From Octopus sinensis (Eukaryota), in assembly GCF_006345805.1 (NCBI RefSeq), contig NC_043011.1:13280464-13344463 (forward strand): a stretch of 64,000 bases of DNA. The letters are read 5' to 3'. Below, in pieces: positions 48,405 to 61,228 of this stretch (position 1 is the first letter of the stretch; every line of letters begins with the position of its first letter). The notes below the pieces were generated by a model, which was not told the origin of the DNA, made no database searches, and saw nothing but the letters and a program-made list of their open reading frames with translations. The position numbers and the translations under genes are program-made.

Positions 48405-49918
48405 TACTTTTATTCTTTTATATGTTTCAGCCCCGAGGCTGTGACCATGCTGGGGCACCACCGGTGTAATTACCTTTTGATTGGCCGATTCTAAGCAATT
48501 GCTTTTGGTGGAGGAGGGGGTTCAATATGGCTGACTTCTTTTGAGTTTCCTGCCTTGGTATTGGTTCATCTGGGAACTTGGATAGCAAGAAGTCAAGCTA
48601 TTACTTGAAAACATCTACTCCCACTCCATGGAGATCCACCAGGTGTTTTGGCAAGGAGTTAAATAGCTGTGGGCCCTTGAATCCCAGGCTATTACAGTAC
48701 ATGGTCCTCACCTCAGATGACACACCTGGGCCTTTTTGGAACAGTGCAGTGATGTCCTTTTCAAGGTCTGGTATAACTCTCAATTCCAAAGTTTGGTGCC
48801 AGGCCCTCCAGTATCTTACACACATATAGCACTGCATATCTCTCCTGTCTTCACTCTGGGGAGTAGAGTCGTGGCCCTCTCAGTTTCCCCCAGTAGCTCA
48901 GCTGTTCCATTGATGCCATCTTCCTCGTGTAGCATCACTCAAATTCTGCTAGTAATCCTATACTGTAAGGTGACCACATTTGAGAGCAGTAGTCCAGATG
49001 GCTGAGGACAAATGTCTCCATTGGATCAGCATAGTTTCATGGTCCCTTGTTCTGAAGGTTCTCAGAATCCATCTAGCCATTCGCCTGCACACTGTTACCA
49101 TCTTGGTGATATGCATGTGAAACGAAGCATCGTTGCTCATATCAATCCCAAGATCATGCACCGCTTGTGATTCTAGAATTGCCGCTCCTTTTGGTCCAGA
49201 GTATCATTGTTGTGACTTCTGAGCACCAATTAGCTGGTAGCAGAGGGCTGGGAATTTGCCTGCATTAAATTGCATATTGTCCTCAGCCCATTTATATATG
49301 GCATCCAGGTCTTTCTGAAGAAGATTAACCTCAGCAGGTTCCTTGACTGCTTGTACTACTTTTGTGTCATCGGCATAACTAGTAAGTGTGGCTATCTGTG
49401 TAACTAATGGCATGTCCGATAGAGCTGCCATGAACAGCAACAGTCCCTCTCTACTGGGGCACTCTACTTTCTATTACTTTCTCCATGGAGAAGGCTCCGT
49501 TGGCTGCTACAGCCTGGCTTCTGTTTTTTAAGAAGTCCTTGAACCACTCTCCAAATTTCCCAGTTATGCTCAGTCTCCGCAATTTGTGACATATCCGCCC
49601 ATGATCAACCATATCAAAGGCCTTTGCAAAGTAAAAATATATCACATCCACATTTGAGTGATTCATTAATTGTTTCAACTCTTGGTCATGGCACTGCAAA
49701 GGCTGTGTAAGGCAGCTTCTTCCTGAGCGAAAACTATGCTGGGTGTCAGGAAGCAAGTCATTATCTTCAAGGAAAACAAGGAGTTTCTTCTTGACAATGC
49801 ACTCCATGACTTTGCTCACATAAGAAGTTAGAGAGACAGGTCTATAATTCCTAGGAATTATACCTCCATTATTCATAGTGCATATTATGTCTTCCCAGTT
49901 CTGAGAAAGCTTTGGAAG
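48405..49918 (-). mobile_element. CR1/L2-group LINE 3' half (degenerate RT to 3' end)
   Basis: NYRPVSLTS, QHSFRSGRSCLT, FAKAFD, YADDTK, GPQLFNSLP; 3' end with stem-loop and TAAAAGAA repeats. Confidence 0.9.
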
Positions 49919-49999
49919 TATGTATATATATATGTATATGTATGTGTACATATGTATGTATGTGTATACAAAGATTGTCAGAAGTCAGGATTGAATAAG

Positions 50000-50470
50000 A
50001 TAAATGTTCCAATTGACAACTGGGAAGATTTAGCGCATTGCCAAGAAAAATGGGAAAAAAAGTTGTGTATGAAGGCAAAAATGAATTTAAAAGGAAGAGA
50101 ATGGATCAGGCAAAGATCAAAAGAAAGATGAGAAAAAGTGACAGGAATGATGTTCTAACAAGCATTAATGAATGTGGAAAGATTTGTCTTAGTTAGGCTG
50201 CACTAAAGCGCCATATGAAATCACACATTGCACAACTGCGCAATGATTATAGATGGACAGATAATTTCGAATGCATGCTCTCTCATAAAGTATGCAGATT
50301 AAAAAGTGGTTTGAAAAGGCATAGTAAAGTTCATGGAGCTGTAAACTGTATAATCACCAAGTTTTCTTGCACTAATTATCAAAAACCATGCAAGTCTTTG
50401 GTAGGCCTCAAAAGCCATATTTGTGCAGTTCATCAATGATATTCTAGGGCATTAAAAAATCATGCAATGG
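50000..50470 (+). mobile_element. RTE LINE C-terminal fragment with C2H2-like zinc-finger remnants
   Basis: IDNWEDLA...W...YEG, followed by CGKICLS*AALKRHMKSH, KVCRLKSGLKRHSKVH and KPCKSLVGLKSH. Confidence 0.65.
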
Positions 50471-51616
50471 CTCTACTTGAAATTGAGTTGGCAACTATCA
50501 TGTATATATATGTATGTATTTATATATATATCGTTACCAACGTTGCTTCACTGGCACCTGTAAAAACATTCGAGCGAGGTCATGGTCAGTATTGCCTGAC
50601 TGCCTCCCGTGCAGGTGGCACATAAAAAGCACCCACTACACTCTTGGAGTGGTTAGCATTAGGGTAAGGGCATCCAGCCGTAGAAACTCTGCCAGATCAA
50701 GACTGGAGCCTGGTGTAGCCCTCAGTCAAAACTGTCCAACCCATGCTAGCATGGAAAACGGACGTTAAATGATGATGATGATGATATATATATGCACACA
50801 CACACACATACATATACATATATATGTATGTATATTTTATTTCCTCTGTTTATTTCTGTGTTCTTTCCTGTTGAAGAGCATAAGCTTGAAACATAAGAGT
50901 TTCTCACTTCCTGAGGATTAAACTGATACATCTGTTTGTTGTTAACCCACCTGTTTTTGTCTTTTGTTTTGTCTTTTTGTAAATTTCAACTACATATATA
51001 TATATATATAAGCTGAGGTGGGCATCATTAATCGAAAAGTTAGCTTCGTTAATCTGTCAACCAAAATGTAGGGATGAATATACTGAAATCTTGTCCCTAA
51101 TTTATATGTCTAAGAACACAGTGATTGTTGTACACACCATTTCTTGCTAAATCATAAAGATAAATGTGTCATCTAACTTGTGAAATGATGGAAAAAATTT
51201 TGATAAAAGATCATAGTAATTGTTTCTCGCATTGGCACAGTGTTACAGATTGTTAGGGCAAGTTATAATCAATTAACTCAATACCAATATATTATTGGTA
51301 TTTACAGAGATGAAACTTAATATCAGCCTTGACTGCATTTGAACTCAGCTTGTAGAGCCATAAAACCAATAATATAAAGGTTTCTCTAGCTTTTTTCTAT
51401 GGTACCACAAGACTATAACAATGTTATAAATTCGGTATATTTAAATTAGAGAGGAAGATATAATAATACTAAAAACATTTTACACTTGTGCTATTTTTGA
51501 CTTCTGGCGATCATCAAATTATCTCTTTATTCAAATTGGTGGGTAGTTTTCTAACACAAATGCACTGTGCAGAGTTTTACTAAAAACTTGGATATGTTAT
51601 TTATTTCTTTATTCCC

Positions 51617-51985
51617 CACATGGGCATAAATATACAAGAGACAAACAAGGACAGACAAAGGGATTAGGTCAATTACATCGACTCCAGTGCGTAACTGGTA
51701 CTTATTTAATTGAGCCCAAAAGGATGAAATGCAAAGTTGACCTTGGTAGAATTTGAACTCAGAATGTAACGGCAAATGAAATACCTATCTCTTTACTACC
51801 CACAAGGGGCTAAACACAGAGAGGACAAACAAGGACAGACAAACGGATTAAGTTGATTATATCGACTCCAGTGCATAACTGATACTTATTTAACTGATCC
51901 CAAAAGGATGAAAGGTAAAGTCGACCTTGGTAGAATTTGAACTCAGAATGTAACTGCAAATGAAATAGCATTTAGCCCAGCGTGA
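51617..51985 (-). mobile_element. SINE family E copy (two tandem units), inverted relative to the 45933 copy
   Basis: Reverse complement of the same units. Confidence 0.85.
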
Positions 51986-52612
51986 TGTTATTACAAACAT
52001 GTCAAATAATAACTTGAGATTCTTTTTTTTTAATTGAAGGGCATATATTAAGGCCTGTTATTTTACTTAAAATTTATCCATTATCTGATCAACACACTTT
52101 CTGCCATTTAAGCATTCATTTTTATAAAGTTATAATCTAGGTTTTATGTTTTTTCAAACTTTTGTACTTTGTCAGAAGTTGACCTTTCAGATAAGACACT
52201 TGTTATTTCTGAACTGTTAACTCCATTAACTCCATTGAATTTGATCATTCTTTAAAACTTTATCTCTTAAGTACAGTTATTTATCAATTTGTTATTCTTG
52301 CCTAACATTAGAGTGAAGCTTTGAGTTTTGTATTAAACATCAATGCCATGTCATCACCCTGTTTGCAATTTGAGCATATTTCTAGTAAGGATTGCGTGCC
52401 ATTTGTTAATTTATTATGTAATTCCATGGAATTTTTGCTTGTAGAATGTCCAAGTTATATTTATAATTTTATTTTATATTATTTGTGCTATATTCTGTTG
52501 CTTATATTCTTCTTATAACTTTTATATATGTTGAGTTTATAATTTACATACTTTTTTTTACTGACTTGTTATATATTTTTATCTCATTATTTTTCTTTTT
52601 CGTGTTTTGTAG

Positions 52613-52708
52613 ATCAGAATCCTTATGCCCACTTAATCCAGACAGCAACAATAAATGGGGAGAATTATCGTTATTTCAGCCTTCCAGAACTGAACGATGT
52701 TAGATATG
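52613..52708 (+). CDS. ACO1: ACO1/IRP1 exon (DQNPYAHLIQTATINGENYRYFSLPELNDVRY)
   Basis: Not in the ORF track in this frame. Acceptor ttttgtag, donor G|GTACGT, 96 nt; matches recalled human MSNPFAHL...FFNLNKLEDSRY. Confidence 0.88.
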
Positions 52709-53909
52709 GTACGTATGTTTTAAAATTTCTTATTTTGTTAATAGGAAATAGTTTGTTGAAAATTTTAATGTTTGAAAGTATTTTAGCTTTTGTTAGTACG
52801 TTAACATGGTATGTTAACCAGTAGACTTAATAACCTTGGATAAATATTTCCTTCTCATTATATGACTCTAATAATAAAGCTTTCTCATTAATATCTTGTA
52901 TGAGGTCATTAATTAGCTTGAAATATTTTTTACAGATGTTTAAATTTTTGCATAAAAAAATAAAATAAAAATCCCGAAATATATGGTCCATCTTTTTTTT
53001 CTCTTTGTGGCTGCTTATTGGAATATATTTCTAGCTATATTAAAAGAATGAATTATTAAACAAATGCTGAAAACTTTTCATAGCTGACGAAGCTTTAAGA
53101 TAGAAGTGAGAATCAGTTTAATACTGTTCTTTGATTACTGTTATTACCAACATATATATGATAATGGCTGAAGGAAATAATTTAGATCATTCTCTTCATG
53201 AAATTATTATTATTTTTTTTTTAATGGTATACACTTTTTAGAAGCTAGCAGTTTAAGTATAGTAATTTCTTTTGTAATTAATAGCCATTCTGCTTATTTA
53301 GGCAATTTGATACTTTCACTGATGGTTATGTAATGTTTAGTTCCAAACAATCAGAATAAGCTGGCCTGTTGTATTCGATTAGTTTTCTATTTTATGTATG
53401 AATTTATTTTTGCAACTGAGAATTTCATTTTTATTCTTAATTAGAAACATGTTCTATGCTTAAATAGACATGTTGGTTTTAAGAGCATTATATAATTGTC
53501 ATATGTAGCTGTTGTAAGAATTTGTAATGTAGTATTGTATATGTAATTAAAAAATACGTATCAATTCATCTCTATACACTCCCACTGTATGTATTGAGAA
53601 CTTTCATGTTCCATCTTCTGTCATTAGACCTGATAGAAATAGCAGCTAAATAAACCTGAAACCACCAGCTTGAAATTACTTTATAACCATGTTCTTAATT
53701 ACACTACCCATGGATTTTATATAATTTAGAAAATAACCATGAATTTCAAAGGATTTAATTAAACTATCTAACTCCCTATTATTGTACTGCATAAAGATTC
53801 TGTTATTAAGATTCTTGCATAAAATTATCAAAGGTGTAAATTTGAATGTAAATCTTTAAAACAGATGGTTTTACACCATAGAAGCAAGGTTGGTTTCAAG
53901 CAGATTAAT

Positions 53910-54204
53910 CATCATCATTGTTCGACCGTGGTCGAGACAATGGAATTTATTATGTTACGCCAGACTTCACAGTCCATCATAGCATTACGGAGGTCCTGTT
54001 GCTGGATGCCTGTATCCCTGGAGATTACATCAGGGTGGGAGAGTGTGCGCCCTCTGGTATCGCGAGTAGATGGCTTCCAGAGGAGAAGAGTAGAAATTAC
54101 CTCGTTTTCTGCTCTACAACAATGTCCAGCAAACTGGACTCTTCTACCTTTTACAAGAGATGATACAGGTGGTAGTTTCCCATATATTTGTACTTTGGTT
54201 GGAT
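53910..54204 (-). mobile_element. 5'-truncated RTE-type LINE (family F)
   Basis: Same C-terminus; perfect 7-bp TSD GATTAAT (53903-53909 and 54205-54211). Confidence 0.92.
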
Positions 54205-54606
54205 GATTAATATTGGAAGAGTTACGAAAGGGAGGATACATTGGTTAATGTAGTCATAGATATGTCTGAAAATAAAAATAGGTTGGTCGATCTGGGACTT
54301 ATATAACATATACAGTTTGCGTATTTTTGTGTAACAAATGCATATGTTAAATACCTGAAATTCACATATAAAAATTTTTGGTTAAAATTTGTTTTATTTA
54401 TAAATTATCTCATAAGGTAAGAATTAAATCTAATTTTAAGACTGTGTAAATTGCTTATCATAAAAAACATTTTATAGTAATAATTTGTTTGCTATTATTT
54501 GATACTTATATAAAAAAAAAAAACATCTATTCATTGAGGTATAAGTTTACTTTATTGTGTCTAGAAATGTCAGGTTGACAGATGAAATATTTATTTCCTA
54601 TTTCAG

Positions 54607-54775
54607 AGAGATTGCCTTTTTCTATCAGAGTTTTATTGGAATCTTGTGTGAGAAACTGTGACCATTTTCACATTCATACTAAAGATGTTGAAAATATCTT
54701 GAATTGGGAGGTGAACCAAGATGAGAGTATTGAAATACCTTTTAAACCTGCCAGGGTTTTACTGCAGGATTTCAC
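54607..54775 (+). CDS. ACO1: ACO1/IRP1 exon ([21 protein letters not shown]...[12 protein letters not shown])
   Basis: Hallmark aconitase A/IRP motifs [11 protein letters not shown] and [10 protein letters not shown]; acceptor tttcag, donor AC|GTAAG. Confidence 0.96.
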
Positions 54776-55149
54776 GTAAGGCCATTATATTTTATTGCCA
54801 TTTATCAATTTTAGTATTCTAGTTTTAACACATTTGAAGGTATCATTTATTAAATGTTGGTATCTTTCTTGACTAGATGAAAGATCAACATAGTTTTGTA
54901 ATTTGAGGAAATAAATAGCATTTATGACCTATCCCATGTTACTAGTGGTATAGGTGAATTAAAATAAACACACAGATACAAACACAGACACACAAGTTGA
55001 GTTTTATATATATATAGATGTTATTTGAAACATGTATTACAAAAATATTTTTGAAGATATCAGAAACTTTTATTTACGAGTAAGAAGTTGCAAATTTTTG
55101 CGCATGTGCACAGATGCGTGCACACACAGCAATCCCAATACATTTTTTT

Positions 55150-55310
55150 CTCTCTCTCCTCATTTTTTCCTTGTCCCTTTCTGTTGAAAAGCATAGGCTT
55201 TAAACGGCAAAGCCTTTTCCGTGTTTCCCAAGCGTCAAACTAATACAACTGCCTATTGTTCCCTCACCTTTCTCTGTCTTTTATTTTCTGTACATTTGAA
55301 CCATATGTAT
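55150..55310 (+). repeat. Dispersed repeat family G (TTCTGTTGAAGAG...GGCT...AAACTAATACA), probably a Penelope-like terminal fragment
   Basis: Homologous copies at about 3080-3225 and 50845-50995. The Penelope assignment is inferred. Confidence 0.6.
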
Positions 55311-55321
55311 AATTTTTCTAG

Positions 55322-55459
55322 TGGTGTCCCTGCTGTTGTTGACTTCGCAGCCATGCGAGATGTGGTCAAACGGTTGGGTGGTGATCCAGCTAAAATAAAC
55401 CCTGTGTGTCCTGCTGATCTTGTCATTGATCACTCAGTACAAGTGGATGTTTCCAGAAG
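55322..55459 (+). CDS. ACO1: ACO1/IRP1 exon ([45 protein letters not shown]); gene continues beyond the window
   Basis: Near-identical to IRP1 [13 protein letters not shown]...[18 protein letters not shown]; acceptor tttttctag, donor AG|GTAAAT. I found no following exon up to 64000. Confidence 0.96.
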
Positions 55460-55604
55460 GTAAATATATCCTACCACTTTCTTCCTATAGAATTACAAAT
55501 AAATTATTGGTCACATTGCTCACACTTTTTAAAAAATCTTTTTATAGAATCTTTTACATGAACTCAGGTTGCTAAAATTTTTAATTTCCAACTATTTTAT
55601 TTAA

Positions 55605-55827
55605 CCCTTTAGTGTTCAGATTACTCTGTCAAATATAATGCTTCTTCATTCACATTGTTTTGAATTAATCCTGCATTATCTTGTAGCTCTGAGAATTTGA
55701 TGATGTGATGGTTTATTTTGAGGATGTCATTGTAGGATATGAGTGAGAGGCCTGATCTAGATGGCTTGAACATAAAAGAAGTAGAAAATTTGGGCCGGAT
55801 ATGGTTAAAGGGTTAAATGCTAAAGGG
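55605..55827. mobile_element. piggyBac-type MITE
   Basis: TTAA|CCCTTTAG...CTAAAGGG|TTAA. Confidence 0.82.
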
Positions 55828-56049
55828 TTAAACCATTCTGTTGCACCAACACATTAAAAATTTTTTTTCCATTTTAAGTATTGCTGTGTGTATGTGTGTA
55901 TGTATGAAAAATCTAATTAAGCATTTCAGATTGAGAGAATCAACAATGCCTAAATAATTAGGTCTGAATGTTTCTCATTTTATAAACTTTGTCTCCTGAC
56001 TCCTGAATGGCGAAATTTATCGTTAGTAATTGTCCTAGAACTGTTTTAA

Positions 56050-56269
56050 CCCTTGAGGGTTCAGATTACTCTGTTAAATGCAATGCTTATTAATCCAAAT
56101 TGTTTTGAATTAATCATGCATTATCTTGTAGCTTTGAGGTTTCAATGATGTGATTGTTTATTTTTAGGGTGACATTGTATGGTTGGAGTGATAGGCCAGA
56201 TCTGGTCGGTTTGAATATAAAACAGCTAGAATATTTGGGCTGGATATGGTCTGTTTAAATGCTAAAGTG
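56050..56269. mobile_element. piggyBac-type MITE, same family as the 55605 copy
   Basis: Collinear similarity; decayed right end. Confidence 0.75.
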
Positions 56270-56667
56270 TTTATTAGACACAGGTCAGCTTGGATTGACC
56301 AGTCCTATGACCAGAAGCTTTCCAACTGTGGCTCTCCTGTCTGTGTCTCAAGGCTCTCTTTATCCACCATTTATTAAGACAGTCAAGTTTGATTTAAGGA
56401 AGATTGCTAGGAGGTTGAGTAATCATGAAGAGGTTTCCTTGTTGGTTTGTAAAGACTTTGCGTTTGTGGTTAGATGTATGTTGTGAGATACCCTATATTC
56501 TAATACAGATAAAATGCAAAAAGAAAAAAGTTTTGTTTTAATTTTGCTATTTAATTTTCTGGATTTAACAAGATCTTAACACCTTATATGTTAGAATATA
56601 TATCCAGAAATTTCATCCCTCTGTTAAATTTCATTAACCAATTCCTTCATATCTCTCTCTCTCTCTT

Positions 56668-56727
<60 letters not shown>

Positions 56728-57209
56728 CTCTCTCTCATACTTTGTAAAATGTTCATCTGATCTATCCTCTTTTTTTAAGTGAGCACAAAACCTTTTCTGA
56801 TTTCTTGTTAAAATTTAATGATAATTGTTTTTTCAATTATCTCAAAGAAAAGAATACTACACAATCCCTTTCATTTGAGCAATATCTAATATTCTATAAA
56901 TTTTAAATTTCTAATTAGTCTCAGTGGTATTATTTAGAAACTTGAGTAGTTTATAATTAAATGTGCTTTAGCTTGGTGCAACTTTTTATCATTTACTTAC
57001 CAGCTAAGCAGAATATAGGCTGAATAATTTTTATAAGAATTCTTTTCATAGCTTAAGTAAGAAGTGCAGTAGTTAAGGATTTAAAGACCACAAACCTCAA
57101 AGTTGAGTTGTGATGCGGATCTTAAGACACAACTCTGTTTCTTCTCTATCAGATTGGCTGACAAACAGGTTCCACTATAATTTCACAGTTGTTAGTATTA
57201 GATAGGTAT

Positions 57210-57602
57210 TCACTTACTCTCTTACTTGTTTCAGTCATTTGACTGTGGCCATGCTAGAGCACCGCCTTTTGCTGAGCAAATCGACCCCAAGACTTATTCT
57301 TTGTAAGCCTAGTACTTATTCTATCGGTCTCTTTTGCTGAACCGCTAAGTTACGGGGACATAAACACACCAGCATCGGTTGTCAAGCGATGTTGGGGGAA
57401 CAAACACAGACACACAAACACATACATATATATACATATATACGACAGGCCTCTTTCAGTTTCCGTCTACCAAATCCACTCACAAGGCTTTGGTTGGCCC
57501 AAGGATATAGTAGAAGACACTTGCCCAAAGTGCCATGCAGTGGGAATGAACCCGGAACCATGTGGTTGTTAAGCAAGCTACTTACCACACAGCCACTCCT
57601 AC
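57210..57602 (-). mobile_element. SINE family B copy
   Basis: Same head, body and tail, reverse orientation. Confidence 0.9.
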
Positions 57603-58717
57603 GCCTTATATATAAACTGAGCAAATGTCTGAAAATCATGTGAAACACAATGGTTGAAGTTAAGACACTATGCTTCTGATCAAATGAGTGCAAGTTCAAA
57701 TCTGACTCGAGTCCATTCTGCTGTACTTTGCTAATCTAACTACTTTCATAATTGGTTTAACTGGCCAACCTTTCACAATTGTAAAAGTAATCACTTGAAA
57801 TATTCTACCTGTTTAGATTTGCTTTGTTTCATTATTTAAAATTATTCACCTTCACAGCCGAATCTACAAAAGTTTATCTAAAGGTATAGATGTAAATTAA
57901 TTTTATGTCACCTGTTTTGACTTGTGAAGAATACTTATCAGTAAAATTTGACAGAAATTATTTCAAGTAATGTACACTTGTGATGAACATTATGCATTGT
58001 ATTAGTTGACATATGTTTATGATTTAAAACAAAAGATTAAACTGAAACTGCTCAAAGATTTATAGACATTCTCTGTTTATGTATTAAAAGAACATTCTTA
58101 AGTTGAAGATTTTCTGTTTCTTTTTTGTTAGAATTACTTTTGCAAACCAATAGAAAAGTGGGCTGGGATTGCAGACCGTTCTTGAATTTTTTTACAATGA
58201 ATTATTGAAAATAGTGACAGTATTGTAAATTAATGTATTGGGAATATATTTTGTCCAAGTTGTGATGTGTGACAGTAGTGACCAAAGAAGATATTAAAAA
58301 AAAAAAAGACAATGATAAAAAATATGGCTTTCTTATATGGTTAACATTGCCATCAAGTTTTGCGAATGGAAAACTGACAAATTAAGCTTGGTTACAGCCA
58401 GGTCTTATGAGAAAGTATTTTTACAGGGTTTTTACACTTGCATGCATGCACACAGGCACAGGCACACACACACACACATGACTAAATATAAATGAGTTAG
58501 TAAAGAACAGTTATGTAGAAGTGGTTTCAAGTTTGATCAGTGTCATTGAAAACCTGCTTCTGTATTTGTGTTGGGACTAATTACGTTTGTTAATTACAAG
58601 GATGGGCTTAGCTGAAGCAATGGAAATATAAGGTGGATATTAGGTTTCTATTTTGACACAGACTGGAGCCAGTGAAATTTTGGTGTCACAACTGATTTTG
58701 ATATCAGTTGATACAAA

Positions 58718-59061
58718 GGATCTTTTCGGTTTGGATGGTAGTTTTTAACATAATTTGTAGGTAACTAAAAAATTTTAAACTTCGTATACTGGTAGAATGT
58801 GTTTATAAAACATCTTTTTCTCTTGGCTTTATTGAGAAAATTCTATAGTTTATAAGATATTTGTTGTTTTTTTCCTTCAATTTCTGCAATTTCAACCAAT
58901 CAATGACGTCCATTGAGGTAAAAAAAACAACATTCTGTGCTGTATGAATATGTCCCTCGTTTAAGAAACCGATTGGGTTTATTTACATTTGTGAAGAAAG
59001 AAAGATACCCTTCCCCCACCTCTAACCCTAGAAAAAACTGCTGTTCAAACCGAAAAGATCA
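58718..59061. mobile_element. Internally deleted copy of the 8874 MITE
   Basis: GGATCTTTTCGG...CGAAAAGATCA; perfect TSD GATACAAA (58710-58717 and 59062-59069). Confidence 0.85.
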
Positions 59062-59383
59062 GATACAAAATCCAAAATTACTTAGTTTGAACAATACGAC
59101 CACAATTTACATACATGTTAGCTACTACTCTACTGAATATACTGAAGTGTTAATGTATAATAAACTGGTTTTTGCGGTAGTTACACAATAAGATATTCTT
59201 TAGAAATGTGATTTGATGCAGAGAAAAATTTATGTGTGACATTGTTTTGTAAGAGAGATAGATTTGTAATACAGATCCATAGTGTAATTAAGGTGAGAAA
59301 TAGCCTTACTGATTTGGACAGGAAATGACCTAATATTTTAACTAAAAGTTAAAATATGGTCGATTGATTAGAAGTAGGACCAT

Positions 59384-59564
59384 TACTCTTTTACTTGTTT
59401 CAGTCATTTGACTGCGGAGCACCGTCTTTAGTCAAGCAACTCGACCCCGGGACTTATTCTTTTTGTAAGCCCAGTACTTATTCTATCGGACTTTTTGCCA
59501 AACCGCTAAGTGACAGGGACGTAAACACACCAGCATCGGTTGTCAAGCAATGCTAGGGGAACAA

Positions 59565-59595
<31 letters not shown>

Positions 59596-59762
59596 CATAT
59601 ATACGACAGGCTTCTTTCAGTTTCCGTCTACCAAATCCACTCACAAGGTATTGGTCAGCCCGGGGCTATAGCAGAAGACACTTGTCCAAGATGCCACGCA
59701 GTGGGACTGAACCCAGAACCATGTGGTTGGTTAGCAAGCCACTTACCACACAGCTACTCCTG
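59384..59762 (-). mobile_element. SINE family B copy
   Basis: Same family. Partial copies also at about 5140-5270, 35390-35530 and 62175-62340. Confidence 0.9.
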
Positions 59763-60746
59763 CGCACTCCATTGCAACATAGAATTATATTAGTGGATCA
59801 TGGTAAATGATAGAACAAGTCCATCATCACTGCACCATATGGAAGTATTAGCGAATGAATCACACATTAATATTATTCACCGGATAATTAGAATAGTTTA
59901 GTGAATGGCATACTTAATGGTCAGAACATATAATTGTATAGAAGATGATAAAAGGAAGAAATATTAATCAATAATTAATGATACTTTTTTTGCATTGTCA
60001 GATTAGTTGTATTATTTATTATCTCTTGTCTACGTCTTTATTGAACAAACTTATGGAGACTGTTTTGATTTATGAGACAACAGCTGGAATGTCTTAAAAC
60101 TAGTAGACAGACATTGATCTAATCATTCATTCCATTACTATTGCTATCTACAGATTGATCTGCTACTGTATCTTGTTCACCACTCACAGTAGACGCAACC
60201 AGTGCTCTTTTATCCGACATGGGATCTCCTCTCTAACCCTGGCTTAAAAATAAAGGATATTTTAATACTGCTCTTTATCTCCTGTCTCCCTGTGATTTCT
60301 GCTTTGGCATCTAGAATTTCCTTCCTATCCTCCTCTGTATGAGCATGTTCCAGTGTTTGACCTTTTCTGTATCTGCATTTAAGAGCATGTGTGTGTGTGT
60401 GTGCATATCGCCCTCCCTTACTTTCTCTACCACTTCCTTCTTTCTTTTTTTCCACAGTTTTGTGTGCATTACTTAATTGTGTGCTCTTTGTATTCTTCAC
60501 TCTTGTCATGACTCTTTCTCTCACTCGACCTTCTTCTTTTCTGTTTTTCTATTGCCTCTACCATTCACAAAGGTCTCTACGGTTCTTCAGTCTCTTTCTT
60601 CTTCTGTCTTCTATTTTTTTCCCTTTTGTTCTTTCCTGTATTTTATATGATGACCTTTAGCTCTACAGACAACCTCCATCCTCTCTACCTGTTTGCAAGC
60701 AGCTCCTCTCCCTCTGTCTGTCTCTCTCTCATTCACTCTCTCTCCC

Positions 60747-60780
<34 letters not shown>

Positions 60781-60971
60781 CTCATACATACAGACAGACA
60801 CACACATATACACACATATGTACATAAACATATATATATATACACACATACAAACATGTATGTATGTATATGTGTATGTATATATATATATATACACACA
60901 CATACATATATACTCATGTATATGTATATATAAATTCCTCTTTATAATTATATACACATGTATATATATAA

Positions 60972-61019
<48 letters not shown>

Positions 61020-61191
61020 ATATATACATATATATATATTAATTAATAACAATAAAATGGCAACAAAAGAACGAAACCTCGATATTATGAACATAGAGAA
61101 TCTATATATATAGTATAAGACAATCAGCAAGTTGTCATAAGAGAACTCAGAGTTTCAAATGCCAGAGCTAAAAGCTTGGAATTTTTCAGAG

Positions 61192-61227
<36 letters not shown>

Positions 61228-61228
<1 letters not shown>

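Noticed and set aside
54556-54606. ORF-track start at 54582 (MKYLFPIS) for aconitase
   Set aside because: Intronic. The true acceptor is at 54605-54606, and the upstream AG would shift the frame.
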